From: an uncultured Bacteroidales bacterium
Lineage (GTDB): Bacteria > Bacteroidota > Bacteroidia > Bacteroidales > UBA1402
Assembly: GCA_964488495.1 (NCBI GenBank)
Contig: CAZAUQ010000006.1
Location: 1 to 57,683, forward strand
DNA length: 57,683 nucleotides
Direction of reading: 5' to 3'
A program made the position numbers and the translations under genes. Below are positions 1 through 12,597 of the stretch, one piece after another (position 1 is the stretch's first letter; every line of letters starts with the position of its first letter). The notes beneath the pieces are model-generated. The model saw only the letters and a program-made list of their open reading frames with translations. It ran no database searches and was not told the DNA's origin.

Positions 1-1
1 G

Positions 2-2056
2 ATTATACTGTGTGCCCTGCTGGCATGCACCGGCCTGTATGCACAGGACAAAGGACTGGTAAATACCACGAAAAGCCCTTATGCAAAAATGTGGAACACC
101 GATGTGTCGGCTGTCAGTTGGACAGATGGTTTTTGGGGAGAACGCTTTGAGGTTTGCCGCGATACCATGGTAATTAATATGTGGCATGTAATGAGCGATC
201 CCGAAGTTTCGCATGCATTCAGAAATCTGGAAATTGCTGCCGGCGAAGCCGAAGGCCGGCACGCCGGCCCTCCTTTTAACGACGGAGATTTCTTCAAATG
301 GTTCGAAAGTGCAGCTGCAGTGTATGCTGTAACCAAAGATCCCAAGCTGGATGCTTTGATGGACAGAATTATTGCCACCATTGCCAAGGCCCAGCGCGAA
401 GACGGCTACATGCATACCCAAGTGATTATTCCCGAACGTAAAAGGCAAAAAGAACAAGCCTCACAACAAGGCGGACCGGTGGGAACTGCAGTCGGAACGG
501 CCAAGGGAGGAGCTTTCAACAACAGGTTGAATTTTGAAACCTACAATCATGGTCATTTGATGACTGCCGCCTGTGTGCATTACCGGGCTACCGGTAAGCG
601 CAATATGCTGGAACTGGCCATTAAAGCCGCCGATTTTCTGCTTCACTTTTACGAAACAGCCACGGCAGAACTAGCACGCAACGCCATTTGTCCCTCGCAT
701 TATATGGGTATAGTCGAAATGTACCGAACCACCGGCGACCCCAAATACCTGGAATTGTCCAAAAACCTGATTGATATCAGAGGAATGGTCGAAAACGGAA
801 CCGACGATAATCAGGACAGAGTGCCTTTCCGTCAGCAAAAAGTGGCCATGGGACATGCCGTCAGGGCTAACTATTTGTATGCCGGAGTAGCGGATGTGTA
901 CGCCGAAACCGGCGAGGCATTGCTCTTGGAAAACCTGGAGTCAATCTGGTCAGACATCGTTCATCGTAAAATGTACATTACCGGCGGCTGTGGAGCCTTG
1001 TACGACGGTACTTCACCCGATGGGACCAATTATACGCCAGACTCCATACAAAAAGTACATCAGGCCTATGGCAGGGCTTATCAATTACCCAACTCTACAG
1101 CCCATAACGAAACCTGTGCCAATATTGGAAATATGCTTTTCAACTGGAGAATGCTTCAGCTCAGTGGTGATGCCAAATATGCCGATGTTCTGGAACGCAC
1201 ATTGTACAATTCTGTACTTTCCGGTATCAGTCTGGGCGGAACCAAGTATTTTTATACCAATCCGCTGCGTTTGTCAAAAGATTTTCCTTATGTGTTGCGC
1301 TGGCCCAAAGAACGTACAGAATACATCAGCTGTTTTTGTTGCCCGCCCAATACGGTGCGTACTATTTGTGAGGCTCAGAATTATGCCTACAGTCTTTCGG
1401 AAGAAGGTGTCTGGTTGAATCTTTACGGTTCCAGCAATTTAGCCACTAAATTGGCGGATGGATCTGCTATTGAACTGGCTCAACATTCAGATTACCCATG
1501 GAAGGGCAAAGTGAATCTGGAGTTTAGCAAACTTCCCCGTAAGGCTGAATTCAGCTTGTTTTTTAGAATTCCCGAATGGTGTGATCAATACGAACTCAGC
1601 ATTAACGGCAGTCCGGTTGATTTGCAGATAGAAAAAGGCTATGCACGAGTTCAACGGAACTGGAAAAAATCCGATAAAATTGAATTCAATATGGAAATGC
1701 AGGCAAAACTGATCGAATCCAATCCCTTGCTCGAAGAAACCCGCAATCAGGTTGCCGTAACATGGGGACCCCTGGTATATTGTCTGGAGTCTGCCGACCT
1801 GGGAAACTATAAAATCGATAACATCAGCATTCCCTCGGACATCAGCCTTCAACCCGAAATGATGGAAATAGACGGCAGCCGCCTGATGAGCCTGAAGGGA
1901 CAAGCCTGGTATGTGGAACAACAAAACTGGGATAATGAACTTTACCGCGAAGTTTCTTCCGCCAAAACTAAAGTACCTGTACGATTAATTCCTTATTATG
2001 CTTTCGGAAACAGAGGTTTTGAAGAGATGACAGTCTGGATGCCTCTGGATCGCTAA
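2..2056 (+). CDS. GH127 glycoside hydrolase, aceric acid hydrolase-like (B. thetaiotaomicron BT1003 type); 5' end lies outside the window
   Basis: The frame is open from base 2 (IILCALLACTGLYAQDKGLVNTTKSPYAKMW), a signal peptide ending A-Q, so ATG 89 is not the start. GH127 motifs GHAVRANYLY, HNETCA and CFCCPPN (Zn/Cys site); FETYNHGHL and ARNAICPSHYMG segments are as I recall for the aceric acid hydrolase subgroup. Confidence 0.88.
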   Translation: MILCALLACTGLYAQDKGLVNTTKSPYAKMWNTDVSAVSWTDGFWGERFEVCRDTMVINMWHVMSDPEVSHAFRNLEIAAGEAEGRHAGPPFNDGDFFKWFESAAAVYAVTKDPKLDALMDRIIATIAKAQREDGYMHTQVIIPERKRQKEQASQQGGPVGTAVGTAKGGAFNNRLNFETYNHGHLMTAACVHYRATGKRNMLELAIKAADFLLHFYETATAELARNAICPSHYMGIVEMYRTTGDPKYLELSKNLIDIRGMVENGTDDNQDRVPFRQQKVAMGHAVRANYLYAGVADVYAETGEALLLENLESIWSDIVHRKMYITGGCGALYDGTSPDGTNYTPDSIQKVHQAYGRAYQLPNSTAHNETCANIGNMLFNWRMLQLSGDAKYADVLERTLYNSVLSGISLGGTKYFYTNPLRLSKDFPYVLRWPKERTEYISCFCCPPNTVRTICEAQNYAYSLSEEGVWLNLYGSSNLATKLADGSAIELAQHSDYPWKGKVNLEFSKLPRKAEFSLFFRIPEWCDQYELSINGSPVDLQIEKGYARVQRNWKKSDKIEFNMEMQAKLIESNPLLEETRNQVAVTWGPLVYCLESADLGNYKIDNISIPSDISLQPEMMEIDGSRLMSLKGQAWYVEQQNWDNELYREVSSAKTKVPVRLIPYYAFGNRGFEEMTVWMPLDR

Positions 2057-5296
<3,240 letters not shown>

Positions 5297-5383
5297 AAAA
5301 GTAGAAAAGCAAGCTTTTGTTGTCCGGGTTTTGACTGAGAAGAATTAAACAGCTGGTTTGAAAGAAAAATATAAACAAACAAC

Positions 5384-8300
5384 ATGAAAAGAATTTGTAT
5401 AGTCTTACTGAGCTTTTTGCTCCTGGGCGTTTTTTCCTGCCGGCAGGCAGATTCCCTGGGAAAAAACTTTTTGAATCCTCCCGATGCAGCCAAACCCTGG
5501 ATTTTTTGGTACTGGATCAACGGAGCAGTAACCAAAGAAGGCATCAGAGCAGATTTGGAAGCCATGAAAGAAATCGGGCTGGAAGGGGCTTATTTAATGC
5601 CTATACGCGATTCTTCCAGGGTGCAATATATGTCCAATACTGTTTTGCAACTTTCAGACCAATGGTGGGAAATGTTGCGTTATTCCATGCAAGAAGCCGA
5701 TCGTTTAGGCCTGAAAATGGGTATGCACATTTCGGATGGTTTTGCTCTTGCCGGAGGTCCCTGGATTACTCCGGAAATGTCGATGCAAAGGGTTGTATAT
5801 TCCGAAACCCTCGTTAAGGGAGGACAGATAGATCAACTCCAGCTGATAAAACCCAAAACCAAAATCGATTATTACCGCGATATAGCCGTTTTCGCCCTGC
5901 CTGCACCCGATATGGAGAGCAGCGAAAGCCTGAGACCAAAAGTCAGTTCCGGTAACAAACAAGATTTAAGTTTTCTGCTGGATGGTTCAGGCCGTTTCAA
6001 AACCAAAGAAGATTGCTGGATTCAATATGCTTTTGATCAGCCATTTACTGCCCGTTCGCTCACAATTGTGACGGGAGGCAACAATTTTCAGGCCCATCGT
6101 TTGCGTGTTGCAGTCAGTGATGACGGAAAAAACTTTCGCGACATCAAACAGCTGGTTCCTGCCCGAAGAGGCTGGCAGGATACCGATGCTGATGTCACTT
6201 ACAGTTTGCCCGAAACCAAGGCCAGGTATTATCGTTTTTACTGGACAGCCGAAGGTACTGAGCCGGCTGCCGAAGATATTGATCCTGCCAAGTGGAAACC
6301 TGAACTTAGTATTAATAAAATCAAGCTTAACAGCAGAGCTCTGATAGAAAATTTCGAAGGAAAAAGCGGAGTGGTTTGGCGCTTAAGCCAACGAACCACA
6401 GAAACCGATTTATCGACAAGCAATTGTATTCAAGCCGGAGATATCATCAACATAAGTGATAAAATGGATGAGTCCGGGAACCTGAGAAATTTGAACCTGC
6501 CTCAGGGTGACTGGATGATATTGAGATTGGGGCATACCTCCACCGGACACGAAAATGAAACCGGAGGAGGAGCTAGGGGACTGGAGTGCGATAAATTCAA
6601 TCCCGAAGCTGTCCGTCTGCAATTTGAAAATTGGTTTGGTGCTATTTACAAGCATGTAGACAAGAAGTTGCTGAGCAGGGTATTAACTAATATGCATTCC
6701 GACAGCTGGGAATGCGGCAGCCAAAACTGGACCCCTGCATTTCTGGAGGAATTCCGTCAGCGCCGCTCTTATGATCTTTTGCCCTTTTTGCCCTTATATG
6801 CCGGAATTCCCATTGGCAGTGCTGACATTTCTGAAAGCGTTTTGCTGGACATCCGTCAGACGGTTGCAGAACTGGTCAACGAGGTGTTCTTTGCCACTTT
6901 AAGCGAGCTAGCCAGAGAAAAGAATTGTGTTTTTTCGTCGGAATGTGTTTCCCCCACCATGCTCAGCGACGGCATGCTTCATTATCAGCAGGTAGATCTG
7001 CCCATGGGTGAGTATTGGCTGGACAGTCCCACGCACGACAAACCCAACGATATGGCCGATGCCATCTCGGGAGCGCATATTTACGGCAAAAATATGGTGC
7101 AGGCCGAAGGCTTTACCCAACTCAGAGGCGAATGGAACGAACATCCCCGTATGGTAAAAAAACTGGGCGATTTCAATTTTGCCCAGGGAATGAACAAATT
7201 ATTTTTCCATGTATACTGTCATCACCCCTTTAGCGGAAAATATCCCGGGATGACCCTGGACGGCATAGGTTTGTTTATGCAAAGAGGACAAACCTGGTGG
7301 CCTTATGCTTCGGAATGGATCAATTACATCAATCGTTGTCAGTTTATGCTGCAGCAGGGAGTTTCTGTAAATGATATTGCTGTATTTACAGGCGAGGAAC
7401 TTCCCCGTAGAGCCCTGCTTCCTGACCGCCTGGTGTCTTCTTTACCGGGTCTTTTTGGAGAAGAAAGTGTGGCCTCTGAACAGGAACGAAAGGCTAACCG
7501 CGGAGTGCCGATGCATTCTACTTCGGTCAATGTAACAGCCTCAGCCAATATGTATACGGCCAATCAATGGATAGATCCTCTGAGAGGTTATAAATACGAT
7601 TCTTTCAACAAAGACGTCTTATTGCGTTTAGCTCGTGCAGAAAATGGCCGCATGGTCTTACCCGGAGGAGCCAGTTACAGGGTAGTGGTATTTCCCGAAC
7701 CGCATCAGATGTCGCCTGATTCCAGCTATCTGAGCCTCGAAGTGGCCCGTAAAATAAAAGAATTACAAGACGCAGGAGTAGTGGTGCTCTTACCATCTAA
7801 ACGCCCGGCCGGCATTCCCGACTATTATCAAAAAGAGCAAAGCAACCTGGAATTGGATCAATTGACAGCTGCCATTTGGAAGCAAGCTCAGGAGCAATCT
7901 TGTCTCTTGCCTTATCAAGAAGATAATTTAAATCGCTTCGGCCTGGAAGCAGACATTCTTTTTAAAGATACCCAGAACAGAGATTTGTATGATCTTGCCT
8001 GGAATCATCGCAGAGACGAAGAAACTGAAACTGATAGTTGGTTTATTTCCAACCAGCTCGATTCGAAACGCAGCCTTGAAGTATCCTTGCGTGGAGCAGG
8101 AAGGGTTCCGGAGTGGTTTGATCCTCAAAGTGCCGAGATTTCAGAAATAAAAAACTGGCGCATAGAACAGGGCAGAACCATTGTTCAACTGAATTTGTCT
8201 CCTGTTCAGTCTGGTTTTATAGTATTGCGAAATAAAACCAAGCAAGAAAACAGCAGTCAATCTGAGCTATGGCAGTCAAAGGATTTGGACATAAATTCCT

Positions 8301-8800
8301 GGAATATTCATTTCAATTCAATTAATAAGGAAATAGAAAGCCCGGGCTTTTTCGATTGGAGAAAGTCAGAAGACCCGGATCTTAAATATTATGCAGGCAT
8401 AGCAGAATACCGCTCAACTTTCATCCTTGATAAAAAACCTCTGACTGATAAAATATATCTCTCATTTGATAGTGTGAATGTTATGGCCGAAGTTTTTCTG
8501 AATGGAAAATCCTGTGGTATTCTTTGGGCTCAACCCTTCATATTGGATGTAAGCAAACAACTGAAATCAGGCAAAAACGATCTGAGAATTGATGTTGCCA
8601 ATACCTGGTACAACAAGGTACAGGCCGTCAATCACAAGTTGATTCAAGAGGAGGACTTTTGGACGAATGCTCGTGTATGGAGAATCAAGAGGCCTCGTTC
8701 GTACGAGGGCTTTGATTTACGGAATTTTCCTGTTGAATACTTACAAGAGTCAGGTATTCAGGGAGATATCAAATTATTATGGGTAATACTTCAACCCTGA
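5384..8800 (+). CDS. GH106 alpha-L-rhamnosidase (BT0986-like), probable lipoprotein
   Basis: FLNPPDAAKPWIFWYWING, GFALAGGPWITPE, GLECDKF, HSDSWECGSQNW and PMGEYW motifs of GH106; hydrophobic N-terminus ending VFSC (lipobox). Confidence 0.88.
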   Translation: MKRICIVLLSFLLLGVFSCRQADSLGKNFLNPPDAAKPWIFWYWINGAVTKEGIRADLEAMKEIGLEGAYLMPIRDSSRVQYMSNTVLQLSDQWWEMLRYSMQEADRLGLKMGMHISDGFALAGGPWITPEMSMQRVVYSETLVKGGQIDQLQLIKPKTKIDYYRDIAVFALPAPDMESSESLRPKVSSGNKQDLSFLLDGSGRFKTKEDCWIQYAFDQPFTARSLTIVTGGNNFQAHRLRVAVSDDGKNFRDIKQLVPARRGWQDTDADVTYSLPETKARYYRFYWTAEGTEPAAEDIDPAKWKPELSINKIKLNSRALIENFEGKSGVVWRLSQRTTETDLSTSNCIQAGDIINISDKMDESGNLRNLNLPQGDWMILRLGHTSTGHENETGGGARGLECDKFNPEAVRLQFENWFGAIYKHVDKKLLSRVLTNMHSDSWECGSQNWTPAFLEEFRQRRSYDLLPFLPLYAGIPIGSADISESVLLDIRQTVAELVNEVFFATLSELAREKNCVFSSECVSPTMLSDGMLHYQQVDLPMGEYWLDSPTHDKPNDMADAISGAHIYGKNMVQAEGFTQLRGEWNEHPRMVKKLGDFNFAQGMNKLFFHVYCHHPFSGKYPGMTLDGIGLFMQRGQTWWPYASEWINYINRCQFMLQQGVSVNDIAVFTGEELPRRALLPDRLVSSLPGLFGEESVASEQERKANRGVPMHSTSVNVTASANMYTANQWIDPLRGYKYDSFNKDVLLRLARAENGRMVLPGGASYRVVVFPEPHQMSPDSSYLSLEVARKIKELQDAGVVVLLPSKRPAGIPDYYQKEQSNLELDQLTAAIWKQAQEQSCLLPYQEDNLNRFGLEADILFKDTQNRDLYDLAWNHRRDEETETDSWFISNQLDSKRSLEVSLRGAGRVPEWFDPQSAEISEIKNWRIEQGRTIVQLNLSPVQSGFIVLRNKTKQENSSQSELWQSKDLDINSWNIHFNSINKEIESPGFFDWRKSEDPDLKYYAGIAEYRSTFILDKKPLTDKIYLSFDSVNVMAEVFLNGKSCGILWAQPFILDVSKQLKSGKNDLRIDVANTWYNKVQAVNHKLIQEEDFWTNARVWRIKRPRSYEGFDLRNFPVEYLQESGIQGDIKLLWVILQP

Positions 8801-8804
8801 TGCT

Positions 8805-10265
8805 ATGAAAAGGTTGATTTATTTGTGTCTTTTTATCGTTTGCCTTGTGCTGCCTGAAAATACGGAGGCTAAACTGCGTTTACCTGCCTTCGTTTCCAGT
8901 AATATGGTGTTGCAACAACAGCAGGAAACCAAAGTCTGGGGATGGTCAGAACCGGATATCAACATTAAAGTAAAAACCTCCTGGAACAACAAACAATATA
9001 AAATAAAAGCAAACAGCGAAGGCTATTGGGAATTCAAATTGAATACTCCGAAGGCCGGCGGACCTTATACCATTCTTTTCGATGACGGCGAAAAACTTTT
9101 GCTCGAAAATATTTTGATAGGCGAAATCTGGTTCTGCTCCGGTCAGTCCAACATGGAGATGCCCATGAAGGGTTATCCGGCTCAGGGGATAGAAGGCAGC
9201 CTGCAGGACATCCTGCAATCAAAAGACGATCAGTTGCGCTTGTTTACTGTAAAAAGAGCAGCTCTGGCCACAAAAGCAGCAGATGTAAACGGCCGGTGGC
9301 AGGAAGCCAATCCCGAAACAGTAAATGATTTCAGTGCCACAGCCTATTATTTTGGCCGTTACCTGCGAGAAATGCTCGGTGTACCGGTAGGCTTGATAAA
9401 CAGCAGCCTGGGCGGTTCTTTTATTGAATCCTGGATGAGCGTCGAAAGCCTGGAGGGTCTGTCTGAATTGTCTGTTCCCCTGACTCAGGAGGAAGTGCGC
9501 TCCTCCAACCGTACAGCGACAGCATTGTATAATGGGATGATTCATCCCTTTCATGGTTTTAACATAAAAGGCTGTATCTGGTATCAGGGAGAATCCAATA
9601 CCGACCGGCCCGAAAGCTATAAAGAGCTTTTTGTACAACTGGTTACAAGCTGGCGTAAAGAGTGGGGAATAGGTGATTTCCCTTTTTATTATTGTCAGAT
9701 TGCCCCCTACGATTACGGTCTGATCACTCCAAAGGGTGAAAAAGCAGTGAATTCTGCCTTGATTCGAGAGGCTCAGGCTCAGGCCGAAGATTTGATTCCA
9801 AATGGCGGCATGGCCGTTTTGATGGATGCAGGTCTGATTAGTGACATTCATCCCAGGAAAAAACAAGAAGCAGGAGAACGACTGGCTGTATTGGCCCTGA
9901 ACGGAAGCTACGGCCTGAAAGGTCCGGAAGTCCGCAGCCCTCGTTACACGCATTGTGAGCAACGCGACAGTATGCTCATACTAAGTTTTGACAGGGCAGG
10001 GCTGGGTTTGGACAGAACTACGGGCAAACTGCAGCATTTCCTGATAGCCGGTCCGGACAAGGTCTTTTATCCTGCTCAGGCCAAAATCAACCGCGACAAG
10101 ATTCAGCTTTGGTCTGCCTCTGTTCCTAAACCGACAGCTGCCCGTTATGCCTTTGACAACTGCTCTGAAGGTGATTTATTTGGCGTGAACGGCCAACCCG
10201 TTTCTTCTTTCAGAACAGATAACTGGCATGAGAACGAAATAATTATTGAAAAGCATGAAGAATAA
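8805..10265 (+). CDS. Sialate O-acetylesterase-family (SASA/SGNH) carbohydrate acetylesterase
   Basis: NMVLQQ, IGEIWFCSGQSNMEM (catalytic Ser), IWYQGESN and DIHP (Asp-His) motifs; signal peptide. Confidence 0.9.
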   Translation: MKRLIYLCLFIVCLVLPENTEAKLRLPAFVSSNMVLQQQQETKVWGWSEPDINIKVKTSWNNKQYKIKANSEGYWEFKLNTPKAGGPYTILFDDGEKLLLENILIGEIWFCSGQSNMEMPMKGYPAQGIEGSLQDILQSKDDQLRLFTVKRAALATKAADVNGRWQEANPETVNDFSATAYYFGRYLREMLGVPVGLINSSLGGSFIESWMSVESLEGLSELSVPLTQEEVRSSNRTATALYNGMIHPFHGFNIKGCIWYQGESNTDRPESYKELFVQLVTSWRKEWGIGDFPFYYCQIAPYDYGLITPKGEKAVNSALIREAQAQAEDLIPNGGMAVLMDAGLISDIHPRKKQEAGERLAVLALNGSYGLKGPEVRSPRYTHCEQRDSMLILSFDRAGLGLDRTTGKLQHFLIAGPDKVFYPAQAKINRDKIQLWSASVPKPTAARYAFDNCSEGDLFGVNGQPVSSFRTDNWHENEIIIEKHEE

Positions 10266-12570
10266 AAAACAACTTATTTTTAGCCTGCTTTTAGTTTCAG
10301 TATGGACTTTGGGATTTGCAAAATCCGGCAGCGAATTAGTAAAAGAGTATGAGCTGAGCTGGACTTCACAAAGTCTGGGTTCAAACGAATCCATGCCCTG
10401 TGGAGGCGGAGACATCGGAATGAATGTCTGGGTGGAGCAGGGGGAATTGTTGGTGTATTTTTCGCGCAGTGGCAGTTTTGATGAAAATAGTTGTTTCCTG
10501 AAATCCGGCCGCATACGTCTTAGCTTTCCCGATGGACCCCTGGATACGGCCGTTTTTGTGCAAGACCTCAGGTTGAACCAGGGTCTGGTCAGCATTCAGG
10601 CCGGCAATAAGGACAAAAGAGTGGAAATTGAAATATGGGCAGATGTTTTTAAGCCTGTCATTCATTTGGACATTCGCTCTTCCAGCCCCCGTAAAGTAAT
10701 TGTTGCATACGAAAACTGGCGTTATCGCGACAGATTGCTCAGAAAAAACGAAAGCCAGAGTAATTCATACAAATGGGCTCCGCCGGCCGGACTGAAGACC
10801 AGTGCCGACAACATTGATGTGAATGAAAACCGAATCGTTTTTTATCATAAAAATCCCTCCTCCGGAACCATGTTTGATGTGGTAATTAAACAACAGAACA
10901 TGGATGCTGTAAAGGAACAAATGACAAATCCTTTGTCCGATCTTTGCTTTGGCGGTGAACTCAGTGCTGAGGATTTTGTGTTCAAAGATACACTCTCCGG
11001 AGTCTATGCCGATACAGATTTTAAAGCCTGGAGGCTGGAAAGCAAAAAGCCGTCCAAAAATCAGGCAATTCAGTTGGTGTTGTATAGTACTCAGAAACCG
11101 GAAAGTTGGTATTGCGGCCTGGACAGCATCAAAAACTTAATTAAACCCTGCAGGGATAAGCAGCTGAACATCGACTGGTGGAATGATTTCTGGCAGCGCA
11201 GTTTTATTCGCATTGATCCCGGACTGCCGGATGCCGAAAGCTGGAAAGTGGGTCGTAATTATCAATTATTCAGATATATGCTGGCATGCAATCTGAGGGG
11301 AGAGGCTCCCACCAAATTCAACGGAGGGCTTTTTACGTTCGATCCTCGTTATGTTCGTGAAGACAGGCCTTTTACACCTGATTTCCGCAATTGGGGCGGC
11401 GGGACCTTTACTGCTCAAAACCAACGTCTGGTGTATTTTGGCATGCTCAAAAACGGGGATTTTGATTTGATGATCCCTCAATTTGAATTTTATCGCAAAA
11501 GTCTTACTAATGCCGTACTACGGACTAAGCATTATTGGGGTCACGACGGAGCTTGTTTTACCGAACAGATGGAACATTTCGGTTTGCCCAATCCCAGCGA
11601 ATATGGCTGGAAACGCCCCGAAAACTACGATTCGGGCATGGAATACAATGCCTGGCTGGAGTACCAGTGGGAAACTGTCCTTGAGTTTTGCCAGATGATA
11701 CTCGAAAGTCATCGCTACGCCGGCACCGACATCGGTCCATATATGAACTTTATTGAAAGCTCACTGACTTTTTTTGATGAGCATTATCGCTACCTTGCCC
11801 GACAACGGGGAAGCAAGGAATTGAATGCCGAAGGTCACCTGATTTTATATCCAACTTCAGCTTGCGAGACCTATAAAATGGCATATAATTCAACTACCTG
11901 TATAGCAGGACTTAAAGTAGTACTGGAATCTTTGCTGGCCTTGGAAAACCTGAGTTCAGATCAGCGACAGCGCTGGGAAAATATGCTGAAAACCATACCT
12001 CCGCTGAGCTTCCGCGAGATTAATGGCAAAAAAGTCATAGCGCCTGCTTTGCATTGGGAGAGAATCAACAACAGCGAAGCCCCGCAGTTGTATCCCGTAT
12101 TCCCCTGGCGTCTGTACAATGTGGCTTCCGACGATAAAGAGACAGCCATCAATACCTATTGGAACGATCCGGATGTGCAGAAGTTTTACAGTCATGTGGG
12201 CTGGAAGCAATACAATATTTTTGCGGCTTGCCTCGGTTTAAGGGAAGAAGCAAAAAAAATGACCCTGATGAAATTTAAAGATGCAGAACATCGTTTTCCC
12301 TGTTTCTGGGGTCCCGGTTTTGACTGGACGCCCGATCATAACTGGGGGGGCAGTGCCATGATCGGCCTGCAGGAAATGTTGTTGCAAACAGAAGGAGAGC
12401 GCATTCTGCTTTTCCCTGCCTGGCCGGCAGATTGGGACGTGCACTTTAAATTACATGCCCCGGGGCGGACCACCATAGAAGCCGAACTGAAAGACGGCAA
12501 ATTGCTTCGTCTGGAAGTAAGTCCCAAAGAAAGGCTGGCGGATGTGGAAAATTGGCTGGAAATCCAGTAA
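10255..12570 (+). CDS. DUF5703-domain glycoside hydrolase, probably GH139 2-O-methyl-alpha-L-fucosidase-like (BT0984 type)
   Basis: ATG 10255 is preferred over TTG 10246. N-terminal WTSQS..SMPCGGGDIGMNVWVE segment; GH95-like C-terminus (LQEMLLQ..ILLFPAWPADWDVHFKLHAP). Its position between the esterase and a GH2 matches the recalled BT0986-0985-0984-0983 order. Confidence 0.65.
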   Translation: MKNKKQLIFSLLLVSVWTLGFAKSGSELVKEYELSWTSQSLGSNESMPCGGGDIGMNVWVEQGELLVYFSRSGSFDENSCFLKSGRIRLSFPDGPLDTAVFVQDLRLNQGLVSIQAGNKDKRVEIEIWADVFKPVIHLDIRSSSPRKVIVAYENWRYRDRLLRKNESQSNSYKWAPPAGLKTSADNIDVNENRIVFYHKNPSSGTMFDVVIKQQNMDAVKEQMTNPLSDLCFGGELSAEDFVFKDTLSGVYADTDFKAWRLESKKPSKNQAIQLVLYSTQKPESWYCGLDSIKNLIKPCRDKQLNIDWWNDFWQRSFIRIDPGLPDAESWKVGRNYQLFRYMLACNLRGEAPTKFNGGLFTFDPRYVREDRPFTPDFRNWGGGTFTAQNQRLVYFGMLKNGDFDLMIPQFEFYRKSLTNAVLRTKHYWGHDGACFTEQMEHFGLPNPSEYGWKRPENYDSGMEYNAWLEYQWETVLEFCQMILESHRYAGTDIGPYMNFIESSLTFFDEHYRYLARQRGSKELNAEGHLILYPTSACETYKMAYNSTTCIAGLKVVLESLLALENLSSDQRQRWENMLKTIPPLSFREINGKKVIAPALHWERINNSEAPQLYPVFPWRLYNVASDDKETAINTYWNDPDVQKFYSHVGWKQYNIFAACLGLREEAKKMTLMKFKDAEHRFPCFWGPGFDWTPDHNWGGSAMIGLQEMLLQTEGERILLFPAWPADWDVHFKLHAPGRTTIEAELKDGKLLRLEVSPKERLADVENWLEIQ

Positions 12571-12597
12571 GAATCAGATACTATTAAGTTATTCATA

